A stretch of 63,783 nt of DNA, counting the filler, from Licmophora abbreviata (taxonomy: Eukaryota), in NCBI GenBank assembly GCA_900291995.1. It is 11 parts of 11 records of this genome, joined end to end, with 100 filler letters (N's around TTAATTAATTAA, not from the genome) between each part and the next. Parts side by side here need not be neighbours in the genome. Positions count along the whole stretch, not along the records: positions 1 to 12,722 come from OLMU01002968.1; positions 12,823 to 17,775 come from OLMU01002969.1; positions 17,876 to 28,536 come from OLMU01002970.1; 8 more parts are not named here. One strand, written 5' to 3'. Positions 9,727 through 20,348 of this stretch are shown in pieces (within the stretch, counting starts at the first letter, position 1; each line of letters begins with the position of its first letter). The notes beneath the pieces were generated by a model. It ran no database searches. It was not told the origin of the DNA and saw nothing but the letters and a program-made list of their open reading frames with translations. The position numbers and the translations under genes are program-made.

Positions 9727-12700
9727 TCAAACGTCCGAGATGCCCTCGAGGCGTGTTTGTGACAACATGCTTGGTTCGCCTTCGCCTGATCTTGATGACA
9801 TATGTCGCCGTTGTGTCGTCGTCGGACTCTTGATGCTATTGCGGAATGAAAGTTTCATCTCACTAGTCTTCCTCTTCTCATATCTTAGCCAGGCCGTTGA
9901 AATGGTGCGGACAGCATTGCGCACCTTGTTGGTTATCCGCAGCCGTTCCATTCGATCGCGCACATCGGCTCCGCTCACAGGGGATGCAGTTGTCGTGACT
10001 CGCAAGATGCTATGTGTTTGGTCCATTTGATACCCGAGCAAGCCAAAGGAAACGGTGCGAAAAAACTTCTCGACCCTAGAGCCAACCTCGTGGAACATGA
10101 CACACATGGCACAAAATCGCTGCAGCGAAGCGATGCGCGACTCGTAGAGCTCCATAGCATTGTGTTGCGTTTTTGATAGAATGTAAGCGTCTTTGATTGA
10201 ATGGGCAACCTGGCGGAGACTCTTTCCAAAGTATTCTTCGTCGTTTGGTTTCACTTGAACTAGGCCACGCTGGTCGCGGTCCAAGCTGGTCAGAGTTCGC
10301 TCAACCTGATGGAGTGGCAACAGGTAGTCAGATAATCGCATGCAGTAGTAGTTAGATTCTCAATTTTGTACTTACCTCAACGTCAGCCATACGCGCAACG
10401 CGGAAGAACTGATCGAAATCGATCGTTCCAGTTCCATTGGAGTCGATTTCGTGAAAGAGTCGCAGCGCCCTTTCCTTCTTATTGCTCTTCCTTACGTCAT
10501 TGTACACAGTTACAAACTCGTCTGCGCAAATTCTGCCATCGTTGTCCCTGTCGACTTCTTCAAAGAGGATACGGAGAAAGGCAAGTTCTTCGCGACTCTT
10601 TGTCAAATCAGCAACAATGGATTTGACATCTGCTCGTTCTCGGCGCTCTTTCTCTACAGGAGAAGAAAAAGACCCGAGGAGCGACTTCCTGGAAGTACGC
10701 CGTGACCCCCTTTTCATGGTCATGTATCGTCCCTTGATCGTGTGGGAGCTGGGGCCCGATCCGCTCGTGAGTTCCGAACTATGACTCAGATCACTCGTTG
10801 ACGTTCCTCTGCTATCTCTTGCCCATTTCAAGGAAGATCCCCCACGAGTAGCCCGTCGCCTTCTACCGTTGCTGATGTGGTAGGCACACCCGGAGCTTCC
10901 TCGCGACGCGTCAACCTCAGGATTCATCTCCTCTAGTAACTGCTCGCAGAGAAACTTCGAGCGATGATCATCGAGGAAGATATCCCCTGCTGACAATGCT
11001 ATCGAAGAGGCATTGTGCCCGATTGTAATCGACTCACAAGTACTCCCCAAACTCTGAATGCTGCTGGTCTGGCTCATCGCAAGAACGACAGCCATCTCTG
11101 CAGACGTAAGTGCCGACAAGCGACCATCAGGTCTCCCATAGACAAGAAGAGACCCTCGTACAACTCGGTGTGTGTGACGGTGAAGTAGGTGATCTGTTGG
11201 ATTCCCGCTCAACATGGTCAAGCTTGCGATCGAGTAGGATCGAGCAAATAGTTTCGAAACATATGCTTCTATCGACTGAGCCACCCAAGGGCAGTCCCCG
11301 ACGATGACAGTACGAGCTACCATCCGGTGAAGAAGGCTACGACCTTCCAGCAATCGGAGAAGAATAACACCAATCTGTGGCAAGAATAAGTATATCAAGG
11401 AGTCAAAGAAGCGAGCTGCGGAAGATAAATGGAACCAGCTCATGTGAGAGGGGAGGCTGGAAAACAAGAACGAAATACTGACTTCTTCGCATCACAGCTT
11501 CGCAGCTCGTCGAGTTCTCCTACCAATGTAATATCCTGTCCCAGACTCATTGATGCCCGCGGCGACTGCGACCCCTGTGACAAGCGGATACCCACTAGTA
11601 ACTGTGACAACAATATACGCGATGACGAGCATGTACGACTTTGCAATTTCGAGAACATGTCTACTCCAGTGCCTCCCACTTTCCCGAAGCTCCCATTCTG
11701 TTCTGGTATCGAGCGGCGAGCCAATTCGAGAGGCACCGACGATCTCTTCTAAGGCGGTGATATTATCTTGGTTGCACTTTTCAAGAATTCCCAGGTCATG
11801 GTCCGTCACAATCGCTCCACTCAGATCACGAAAGCGTGGTTCACCCACGACCATGCAAATATGCATGAATAGGTTAGTGAGAAGCTGGTGCGTCGCAGCG
11901 ACGGTGAGCGAGCAAGGCTCGGCAGGGCGTATGCCAATGTCCGTTGAGAAAATTCGACTAGAAAATATCTCATCATCATCACCAAACATGGTGCGTAGCT
12001 GCTTGCCAATTTGAGTATCCCATTCGCTTGTCACGACGAATATGTTTTTCGTGACCGACTGCAGAAGGCTTGAGCAAGCGAGGGGTGAGAAATTACCGCC
12101 ACTGTGACTGACGATAATGACAATTGTGTCGTGAAGGTCCGGGATATCCTTCGACACAGGGTGACCAGTGGCAGGAGTGGGTAGCTCCTGCTGACCAAAC
12201 ACACCAAGGATTTTGTTCGCGGACAAAGATCTCACAAATAAACCAGGAAATGCCTTCTGTAGATCCGAGGCAAACTGTTCGGCGACCCACAAGGAGACCT
12301 CTGTTCCTGTTACAAGAATGTCAACCGTAGCGCCGCGGGAAGGGATTTTTCCGTCAACACGAGCCTGTAGCCTACTTCGCAACCTTCGAGATAAGTTCCA
12401 TGCCGTCAAACGGTTCAGACCGGCCTTTCTCCAGCTCGCTTGGATCGATCTACAAAATTTTGGAATATCTTTGATGTCCTTTAAGACAGGATCTCTTTCC
12501 GCCCCTATCGGATAAGGCAGTATAAGATCTTTATCTTCCAGCGAAATCAGCCGATGAAACAGCGACGGGTCGCTTGACACACGATTCGGCTGGTACAGAG
12601 TAACTTCCACGTTTCCGTCCATAGCCTCGTATACTCGGCACCGAGTATCTCGGATGGCTATGCCACGCATGACGCCCCAGTCGAGAAGGCACACTTCTCC

Positions 12701-14527
12701 GCTCAGATCATTGAGATCAAGTNNNNNNNNNNNNNNNNNNNNNNNNNNNNNNNNNNNNNNNNNNNNTTAATTAATTAANNNNNNNNNNNNNNNNNNNNNN
12801 NNNNNNNNNNNNNNNNNNNNNNACGCATGACGCCCCAGTCGAGAAGGCACACTTCTCCGCTCAGATCATTGAGATCAAGTCGAAAACTCCCGAGATCTAT
12901 CAGTTCAGAAGCCAGGCTGTGCTAGAGTATCGCCTACCGGCGATGAGAAGCTAAGTCCAGCTTTTACGGCAGCTTGTTCGGATCCAAAGCATATCACCCC
13001 TTTCCGAGGAAAGAAACCTACACTCATTGATTGGCCTTTCGCCGCAATGCACACTTGACGGTCGGCGTCCAATGAGCACGTCACCATGAGCCCGAACGAT
13101 CCGGAAGCTCTTCTGAAGAAAATGCGGAGGCTCTCAAACAAGTCATGGTCGAAGAAGGCCTTGACTACCGTTTGCATCAGCTGAAATGACGTAGTTCCAG
13201 CTGCCTCTTCAATTGGCCGACCAGAAATGTGACTCGCAAGCGCGGTCCCTTTGAAGGCTTTTTCTGACTGAGCTGACCATGTCTCAACCAGCTCACTGCG
13301 CAGAGTTGCGTCGGATCGAACCTCGTCAAGCGCCACATCATTTTGTTTACAAAATTCCAGCAGACTCGCCTCCAGCTTTTCCCCCACAATCGCAAATTCG
13401 CTCCAAGTGGGTACTGGAAACGCAGACTTGAATTCAACTGCACTGTGCGGACTGTCAAGCAAGAGAGCATATCTCAGACTGAGTGCTATCGACCCCGCGC
13501 TTCTCAGGATGTCCATCAGCCCCGCAATCGCTGCACTGTCTACGAGACAAGGCATGGGAGCTCCGGTGGCTTGTCCCAGCCACTGCTGAATCGCTTCCAG
13601 ACTGGCATGCACGGAGCCAATTTTGTAGAAGTCAAGATCACCATTGTGCGTTACGAATGTTTCTACCCGTCGGACGCGTGCGCACGGGGACCGATCGGTC
13701 GAGTACAAGTCAAACACTCGTATACTCCGTGGTGGAGTCCATCGGTGAGGATGCGTCCCATCAAAGGTCGCCTTGGATGACGTTGCAAATCTAGTATGAC
13801 CAAGGAAGGCCCGGATACCGGGCTTGAGGCGTCGCGTAAATGTCGTCAGTGCGTCCTTGTCAATCCGACGGCGCAACCGTACGGACAAATCACTTCTCTT
13901 GCCATTTACTACCCGGCTTCGAATCCCACGTAGTTCACCATCTGTCCCAGTTGTGGACCATGCCACGACACCCCCAGACTGTGCACCCCGCATCATGGTA
14001 ATGCGTATCATTTCTTGGAGCAGATCTAGAGCTGTTTTTCCCTGATCGACGCTGGTCCAAGCGGACGAATTGAGCAGAATGACACCGAAATTTCCACAAA
14101 AGAGTGTCGAAGGCCCCACACCTCGAATGACTCCGATCGAGAATAAATCGGTTGCGAGAGCATCCACTACTGTGACAACCGATGAGAAAACAGCTTCACG
14201 AGACAATCGATGTCGATAGAACAAGCAACAGGCGGCTACCAGAACACTAGTCGACCATCCTGCATGTCGCACGACGAAGATGTGTCCAAGCTCTGAATCG
14301 TCGTTGTAGTGTGATGGTATAGAACACGATCTTCCCAAGAGCGCCCTCAGCAAAATGATCGGAAGCAAGTTAATTTCAAAGGGAAGTCTCCCGTGAACGA
14401 CCGTCGCTGCGACCAAGTGCGAGATTTCGTGAAGGCATCCCCACAGCAGGTAGAATGCAAGCGCCTGCGGGGTGGACCAAGAGCGACTTCTCTTCGTACA
14501 ACCAAAGATTGACTTTCTCGTCCTCAT
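9727..14527 (-). CDS. ~1,490-aa GlmS/GFAT-like multidomain membrane protein: HExxH TM domain + class-II glutamine amidotransferase + SIS + TM + SIS-like with EF-hand pair
   Basis: CGNFG, RGAQSGG, GHTRFAT, HPH, THNGD, DSAAI match GlmS glutaminase motifs; IVSHSGG and AEPCSLTVAATHQ match SIS1; DRDNDG and DSNGTG are EF loops. Pieces join via a +1 indel at ~12915, a 58-bp overlap across the N gap, and introns 11523-11416 and 10375-10306. Confidence 0.8.
12723..12822. other. Artificial scaffold spacer
   Basis: 44 N + TTAATTAATTAA + 44 N. The flanks overlap by 58 bp. Confidence 0.98.
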
Positions 14528-14826
14528 CCTTCTGTGCAGAGACAAAGTTGTGTCCGATAGAACACTTGCATCATCGAACAGTTTAGCCGTCTTCCTTCAT
14601 CATCGCCAATGTAATTTTCAATTGTCAACCTACCGCGACGCCGCGGTGTCCGGGCCGGAACTCCGAAGTTTGCGCGCCCTTTTATGCTAATCCAAGTTCC
14701 AAATTGGAGCTGGAAGTTTGACGCTCCTTTCGGGTTTCGAATATCGTGTGACGTGGTGCAAGCGCGCCTTCCGATTTGGCGCGAACGATGCGATGACGAC
14801 GGCGGCAATCCCGACGATGCATGTTC

Positions 14827-14844
14827 CGACTCGACTCGACTCAC
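14827..14844 (+). promoter_or_regulatory. (CGACT)3 array in divergent promoter
   Basis: cgactcgactcgactcac between divergent starts 14527 and 14923. Similar arrays at 26505 and 38234. Confidence 0.35.
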
Positions 14845-14922
14845 GTGCACACTTGCACACTCAGCTCTCACATTCCTCGTCCTTGTCTTGTGTCTTGCCG
14901 CGCTCAGCTGTGAGTGTCCATC

Positions 14923-15315
14923 ATGCTCTCATCATGTGTCCGCACGATTCGGTTTCTTGTACTGGCGTTAGCAGCCGGCGTGTCAGCCTTCACGCCGATG
15001 ACGACGTCGTGTTCTCCTCGTCGTCGTCTCTTAGCTCCCATGACGACGAGGATGGTGGCCAAAAAAGTCGAGGTGTGTGGGTTCAAGGACTGCAAGGCGC
15101 GTGGCGGCGGTCCCCGTCTCGAGAAACTAGTCAACTACATATTGGAAGAGCGTGGTATCCAAAAAGAAGGTATCGTGTCTGTGGAAATGTGCGAATGTCA
15201 AGGAGAGTGTGGCTACGGCCCGAATCTGGTCGTCGACGGCAAGATTGTCAATCAAGTCAAGGGCGAAGCGGCAGTTTTGAAAGCACTTGGTCTCGAAGAG
15301 GAGGAAGAAGAGTAG
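14923..15315 (+). CDS. Plastid-targeted thioredoxin-like [2Fe-2S] ferredoxin
   Basis: Signal peptide VSA-FTP. Cys motifs VCGFKDC and CQGECGYGPN. Confidence 0.85.
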   Translation: MLSSCVRTIRFLVLALAAGVSAFTPMTTSCSPRRRLLAPMTTRMVAKKVEVCGFKDCKARGGGPRLEKLVNYILEERGIQKEGIVSVEMCECQGECGYGPNLVVDGKIVNQVKGEAAVLKALGLEEEEEE

Positions 15316-15329
15316 GTCCTAAATGTAAC

Positions 15330-15948
15330 ATGGCCGTGCTTGTTCTTGGAATACTGCTCGTCTTGTGCTCTAAGAACATACGTCAGGATCTGGGTGTCGA
15401 GGGCTTCGGTGTGGAGCTGCTCAGTCGGAGGACAATGACGAGACAAGTTGGAAGAATACAAGCAGTCAGGATGACAAAGGAATGTTCTAATGATGCATCA
15501 GAAGAGGGTGATGATGGTATTGGGGATGGCGATCAAGACGCTCCGAGTGTCATGATTGACGATCTCTCGTGGAGAGTGGCAAAGTTGCGCTTGGAGGAGG
15601 CGAACACTCGTCGATTCTTAAAATCGAGGCCTCGATACTTGCCATATGAGGAGTGTTGCAAATGGGTACAAGCATGGGATCGATGGGATAATGAGCAAGA
15701 CTGGTAAGTAAAGCAATTGACAACCTTGTTCCCCGATGGAACTCTGTGCTCACCGCAATGATACCATTTTGCGCGACAGGAAAGACTGGATTGACATGGG
15801 CGAAAAGCGAAATTCGTACGTTCCGGCTCGACCAGACGAGTATTACGGGCGATTGGGTAAGTGGAGATCATGGGAACATTTTCTAGGCAAAGTCAGCGGC
15901 GACGAAGAGGAGGACGAGACGGACCGTGACACTGCTCACTTTGATTAG
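15330..15948 (+). CDS. Putative plastid protein with Trp-rich integrase-repeat/helicase-associated-like unit; 2 exons
   Basis: Signal peptide …VEG-F. Intron 15704-15779 (GTAAGT…CAG) gives LPYEECCKWVQAW…DWKDWIDMGEKRNSYVPARPDEYY…WRSWEHFLG. Confidence 0.7.
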
Positions 15949-16028
15949 TAGTATCGTCTTGAGTAGACTGTTCTCATGATGTATGTTCTACACTGTATTA
16001 CTGTACGTTCTCCCATGTGTGCGGTATG

Positions 16029-16556
16029 CTACGACCCCTGCTGATCCTTCCCCGCATTGATGGCGGCCTTCTTGGCCTTGACTTGCCGCCTCAGTTCCTC
16101 TAGTTCCTTTTGCTTTTGTTCCGCCTCGGCTCGCTTTTCAAATTTCGCTGGCTGATAGTACAAGACAACGAGATATCGCCCTCCCACATTGAAGCCCGAC
16201 AAATGATCCACGGCTGATTTGGCGTCCCAAATGTCTTCGTAGACTACAAAACAAGTACCGCGTGTGTCTTTGGACTTGTCCCCCAATCGGATTTGGTAGA
16301 CGGCGCCGTACTTGCCAAAGATGGCGTAGAGCTCTTCTGCTGTAATGGTGAATGGTAAGTTGCGAACATAGAGGATCCGATTCACCTCTGGGGGGAGTCG
16401 AGACTAGAAAAGAAGAAATAGGATGACGATGAATCGGAACGATAACGAGTGAGCGATACCGGAGGCAGGACAAGCGAACAAGCAGTCGTGATAAGAAGCT
16501 CCAAAAACAATCAAGAAACTCACGTTTGACCCTCTGCGTGATCCATAGTCACCCAT
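16029..16556 (-). CDS. SF3B6: U2 snRNP branch-site protein p14 (SF3b14a); 2 exons
   Basis: Intron 16523-16404 yields …[17 protein letters not shown]…FGKYG…[27 protein letters not shown]. Confidence 0.95.
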
Positions 16557-16863
16557 TTCGAAAGATTGACGACTGGTATTACGAGTTAACGGTCCTTGCG
16601 AACAACAATCAAGGCAAAGAGACAAAGAGATGCGATGGCAGGCGATGATAGCGACGCGACAAGGACACAGCAAACAGCGACGGCAAATGGGTGGCCATTG
16701 TGAGAGAGGCCCGTGTTGATGACTCTGTCAAAACTTTTGAGATTCTCAATTCCAGGTCAGACGCGATCACAAAAAATGCGACCATCGAGCCGACCATGAC
16801 ACCGGATGACGCGTCAATCATCTCACTTCGTGCTGTCAAAGGGCGCCTGACGTTGCGTTGACC

Positions 16864-18244
16864 ATGAGACTACATCATTGTGTACTCACCTTTCTTGCGT
16901 ACTGGATACGACTGGAGAATGCTTCGGTGAAAGGATTTGGTCCGTCTGCCTCCTGCCGACCATCGCGACGCAGCACCGCGATAACATCGCCCAAGACTAC
17001 GACGACGATGAGTCTTCATCCTCCACGACAATCGTCGTCTGGTGATCCATGCTCTGCGTCAAGCAGACGGCGGGCCTTTCTCTTCTGGGTGGCATGCGGG
17101 AGTGCCACTGCGCTGCTGCCAGCGTCACCTTCGCATGCGGGAGAAGTCGGTGCTCGTATCAACCAGGCCGTCACCAAGTCCGATGTAGGAGTTAGTGTAC
17201 GGCGATCGGTCGTAAGGGGGGCTCAAGTGATGGACCAAGTCGATGGGCAGTGGGAACACTTTTCCGATCGATTTGGTTTGGGCAGTGCTCGCAGCAAGCA
17301 AGATGCCAAACCAAAACCAAAAGTTATACCCGATCCCTTGCCACTCGATGCCGATGTTGCAATGGCAATGTTAAGCATTGTCGATGAGGTGCGATGACAA
17401 AGGCGAGGAAGACTCAGTCTACATAGATCGCACCTGTCTCTAACGAATTCACTTGTGTGCCATTATGTTTTATCAACAGGCATTTGTATCTGCTAGCGGG
17501 ATCTCCGCAACGACCTTGTCGGAGAAACAACAGAAAGTTGCTGACTTGGTCCGACCATCTTTCGAGAGGTCTGGCATATCACTGGACGGGCCTCTCACGA
17601 CGGCAGAACAATTCAACTTTCTTTCCTATATCCGATTCAAAGCTTATAGTGACCTGACGGTGGAGAAGAAAGTAAACTTTCCTCGCTTTCGATCCAACTT
17701 TGAACGCCAAGCAGGACAGAAACTGGTATCCTTGCTACTACCGGGCTATCGGCTTCCTACCACGAGCGTCAAGAANNNNNNNNNNNNNNNNNNNNNNNNN
17801 NNNNNNNNNNNNNNNNNNNTTAATTAATTAANNNNNNNNNNNNNNNNNNNNNNNNNNNNNNNNNNNNNNNNNNNNGCATTTCAGCTGAGAATGCTAGCAG
17901 TGAACGAGGCTTGTCGAAGACTGCGTGACACAGGACTGGTCGCAGCAACTGAGGCCAGCGTTGTCGAATCTGATCGGTTGGAAGACTGGGCCGAAGATCT
18001 GTCGGACTTGCAGTTTAGCTTGGCACTCGACGGTGATATAACAATGCAAAGTCAGATTTTACTACAGGAACAGGGCTTTCGATTCTACCCGGACTATGCA
18101 AAGTACATATTTGCAACGCTTCTGCAGATGGAGGGGCAGGAAGTCACGATCGACGCCTACTACCTCGATACCGACTACAATTCTGACCCGAAGCGCTTCG
18201 AGGTCAAGGAAGTTTTGCTTAACGTGCAAATAGAGTCGCAATAG
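16864..18244 (+). CDS. Uncharacterised thylakoid-lumen-targeted protein; intron and assembly gap
   Basis: Signal peptide (VKG-F), Ser/Thr/Arg-rich transit peptide, SRRRAFL…SHA twin-Arg signal. Intron 17389-17479. Coding continues after the gap to TAG 18244. Confidence 0.7.
17776..17875. other. Artificial scaffold spacer
   Basis: 44 N + TTAATTAATTAA + 44 N. Confidence 0.98.
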
Positions 18245-18255
18245 TATTAGTTCGG

Positions 18256-20040
18256 CTACTCTGTCTCATGTTTTGCGGGCATCGACACGCCTTCCATTTC
18301 ATCTGTCTCGAGATCCAACAATTTCACAATGTCCTTGACCTTCTTCTCCATCCCGTCCGCCAGTTGATCGACAAAGTCAGTGCATTTCTCTTTTCGTTTC
18401 TTCCATTCGCCACGCATGGCGTTGATTCGCATCTTCATACGGCGAGGGCAACGCTCACGAGCCAGCAATGCAGCACTCTTGTTATTGGCTGGACCCTTAT
18501 TGGCCACGGCAGCGACACGACCATGCACCTTGATCCGATCGTGCATCCCTTGTAGCCTGTGTTTCAATCCTGCGACACTCTCTTCGCTCTCCTTCAATTG
18601 CGATCGTATTTCCTCGTTGCTTAACTCTTGATTCATGGTTGCGAGACCCTTGGTCAGCTCCGCGTCCTGTCGTTCCAACATACGTAGTTCCTCTGTCGCG
18701 CCCTTTATGTCGTCGGCCGACGTTTGCAGAGCCTTGATTTCCTTGGCAGTACTGTCTTGGTTCGCCCAGTAAAGTTCCTTGGTGGTCTTCTTGGTTGAAA
18801 ACTCCTTCTTGATGACCAAATTCTTGTCTACGAGCGAAAGCATGACAAAGTTCAGCGCCGTCTCGGCTGTGTTGAGAGACTTGGCGAGAGTCTTGAGCGT
18901 GAAAGGTTTGCACTCAAGTAGCATGTGCAAGAGAACCTGATCCTGGAAAGAGCGCTTCTTGCGACGCGGTGCTTGCGGAGCCGCTGTCTCGTTCTTGGAC
19001 TCGCCATCACGTCGTGCGACACCATCTGGCGGGGCTCTGCTCGACGACACTGGTTTCGCTTCCGTACTAGAGTCTCCTTGCTTTCGCTTTTTGCCTTTGC
19101 TAATCACTTCCGACTTTTGCTTGTCAGGCTTTTCAAGGCTGCGCTTTGTCGTTTCAACCTTGTCTCCTGATGACTTTGCTGTGCCAGCGTGTTTGGGTGT
19201 CGTTCCGGTGGCTAGTTCTTCGTCCTTCCGTGTAGTGCCACCTGACCCGCTAGTGCTTTTTTTCTTCGACGTCCCCTTTTCCTTTGTAGACGATGACTTG
19301 GAAGTTTGACTCGTTTTCTTGGTTTTAGATGCTTTTGACTCTCCAGTCGATTTAAGTTTCGTTGCGGTCGCAGTCCCGAGTGCTTCCAAGGACATAACTC
19401 TGGAGCCGGGAGGTGGCACCTTCGCCATGCGAGGTGACAACGAGACCTTCGCAGGTTTCGGTATGGCAGCAACGGAGTCTGTGGACTTTGGAGGGTTCTT
19501 TGTAGGAGGCGATTCGCTGTGTACTCTTTTGGTTGAATCCACATGCGGAGATGTCGAATTCTTGGATACACGATGCATCCACTGGTGAGCATCTGCATCA
19601 GTGATGGCACTTGCACGCAGCGACGTCGGCTGGGTCGAGCTCGACATTGCCAAAGATTCAGGTGTTTGAGCTAGTCCCTTGATCGGGACGACAACTTTGG
19701 GTACTCCACCAGGCGTTCGTCGAACGTTCTGGATCGAGGCCGCCGCTGCGGCTATGGGTGCCGCAGATGGCTGGGTACACATGCCGTCCTTGGGCGTCTC
19801 CGACGATTGGGACTGATCAATGTATGTGGCAACCTCAGTCTCAACTTCATCCTCCCAAAGTTCCTTGAAAATCGACGACTCGTCGCTGCATGAATCATCA
19901 TCGTCGTCGTGGACAGAGTATGCCTCGACACTATTGCCACCGTCGCTGCTGAATATATCCATGACGGCGACTTGCCGCTTTTTCCTCTTGGGGCGTGATG
20001 CCGCGTCCATCTCGTACGACAGATCGTCGTCGTCGGCCAT
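18256..20040 (-). CDS. HOP2: HOP2/TBPIP homologous-pairing protein with long disordered N-terminal extension
   Basis: Winged helix QVLLHMLLECKPFT…LVIKKEF…LYWANQ, coiled coil, and EWKKRKEKC…LDLETDE matching the HOP2 C-terminal EWRKRKR…IETDE pattern. Confidence 0.75.
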   Translation of the reverse strand: MADDDDLSYEMDAASRPKRKKRQVAVMDIFSSDGGNSVEAYSVHDDDDDSCSDESSIFKELWEDEVETEVATYIDQSQSSETPKDGMCTQPSAAPIAAAAASIQNVRRTPGGVPKVVVPIKGLAQTPESLAMSSSTQPTSLRASAITDADAHQWMHRVSKNSTSPHVDSTKRVHSESPPTKNPPKSTDSVAAIPKPAKVSLSPRMAKVPPPGSRVMSLEALGTATATKLKSTGESKASKTKKTSQTSKSSSTKEKGTSKKKSTSGSGGTTRKDEELATGTTPKHAGTAKSSGDKVETTKRSLEKPDKQKSEVISKGKKRKQGDSSTEAKPVSSSRAPPDGVARRDGESKNETAAPQAPRRKKRSFQDQVLLHMLLECKPFTLKTLAKSLNTAETALNFVMLSLVDKNLVIKKEFSTKKTTKELYWANQDSTAKEIKALQTSADDIKGATEELRMLERQDAELTKGLATMNQELSNEEIRSQLKESEESVAGLKHRLQGMHDRIKVHGRVAAVANKGPANNKSAALLARERCPRRMKMRINAMRGEWKKRKEKCTDFVDQLADGMEKKVKDIVKLLDLETDEMEGVSMPAKHETE

Positions 20041-20165
20041 CGGTGAGGGAAACAGAGTCGATACGGCAGCAATGATGATGATGCCGCCGTGTACCGTAAC
20101 CCTGTTGCGGCGAGTGTTGGGATGTGATGACGAGAGTGCGGTTGATTTTTTGGGAAGTTAGACGA

Positions 20166-20182
20166 TTTTTTTGGCGCGCCAA
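20166..20182. promoter_or_regulatory. Palindromic E2F-like site upstream of HOP2
   Basis: tttttttggcgcgccaa matches TTTSSCGC, ~130 nt upstream of ATG 20040. Confidence 0.45.
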
Positions 20183-20348
20183 TCTGAGATCCTACAGAGG
20201 AACTGGTACAGACTATGGCAGCATAAGTTTGGCACTTCCATGCCGAGCCCTTTTGTTTCCGTAAAAGGCAGAAGTCTCCGACCGAAAGTTCGAGTGGTTC
20301 TAGTCTATATCGCACGACGCAAGTTTTGCAGAAGAGTACAGCATATGC

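Noticed and set aside
12878..12907. TGA readthrough or selenocysteine at the end of the 546-aa ORF
   Set aside because: The same frame hits another TGA ten codons later. The continuation (FRLDLNDLSGEVCLLDWG) lies in the +1 frame, so an indel explains it.
14718..15329. 329-aa ORF as a real N-terminal extension overlapping the ferredoxin
   Set aside because: It has a non-ATG start and low-complexity shadow translation. The protein-like part begins at ATG 15330 with its own signal peptide.
15330..15948. Mobile element suggested by the integrase-repeat-like motif
   Set aside because: No catalytic integrase or transposase domain, terminal repeats or target-site duplication. The gene has an intron and a targeting peptide.
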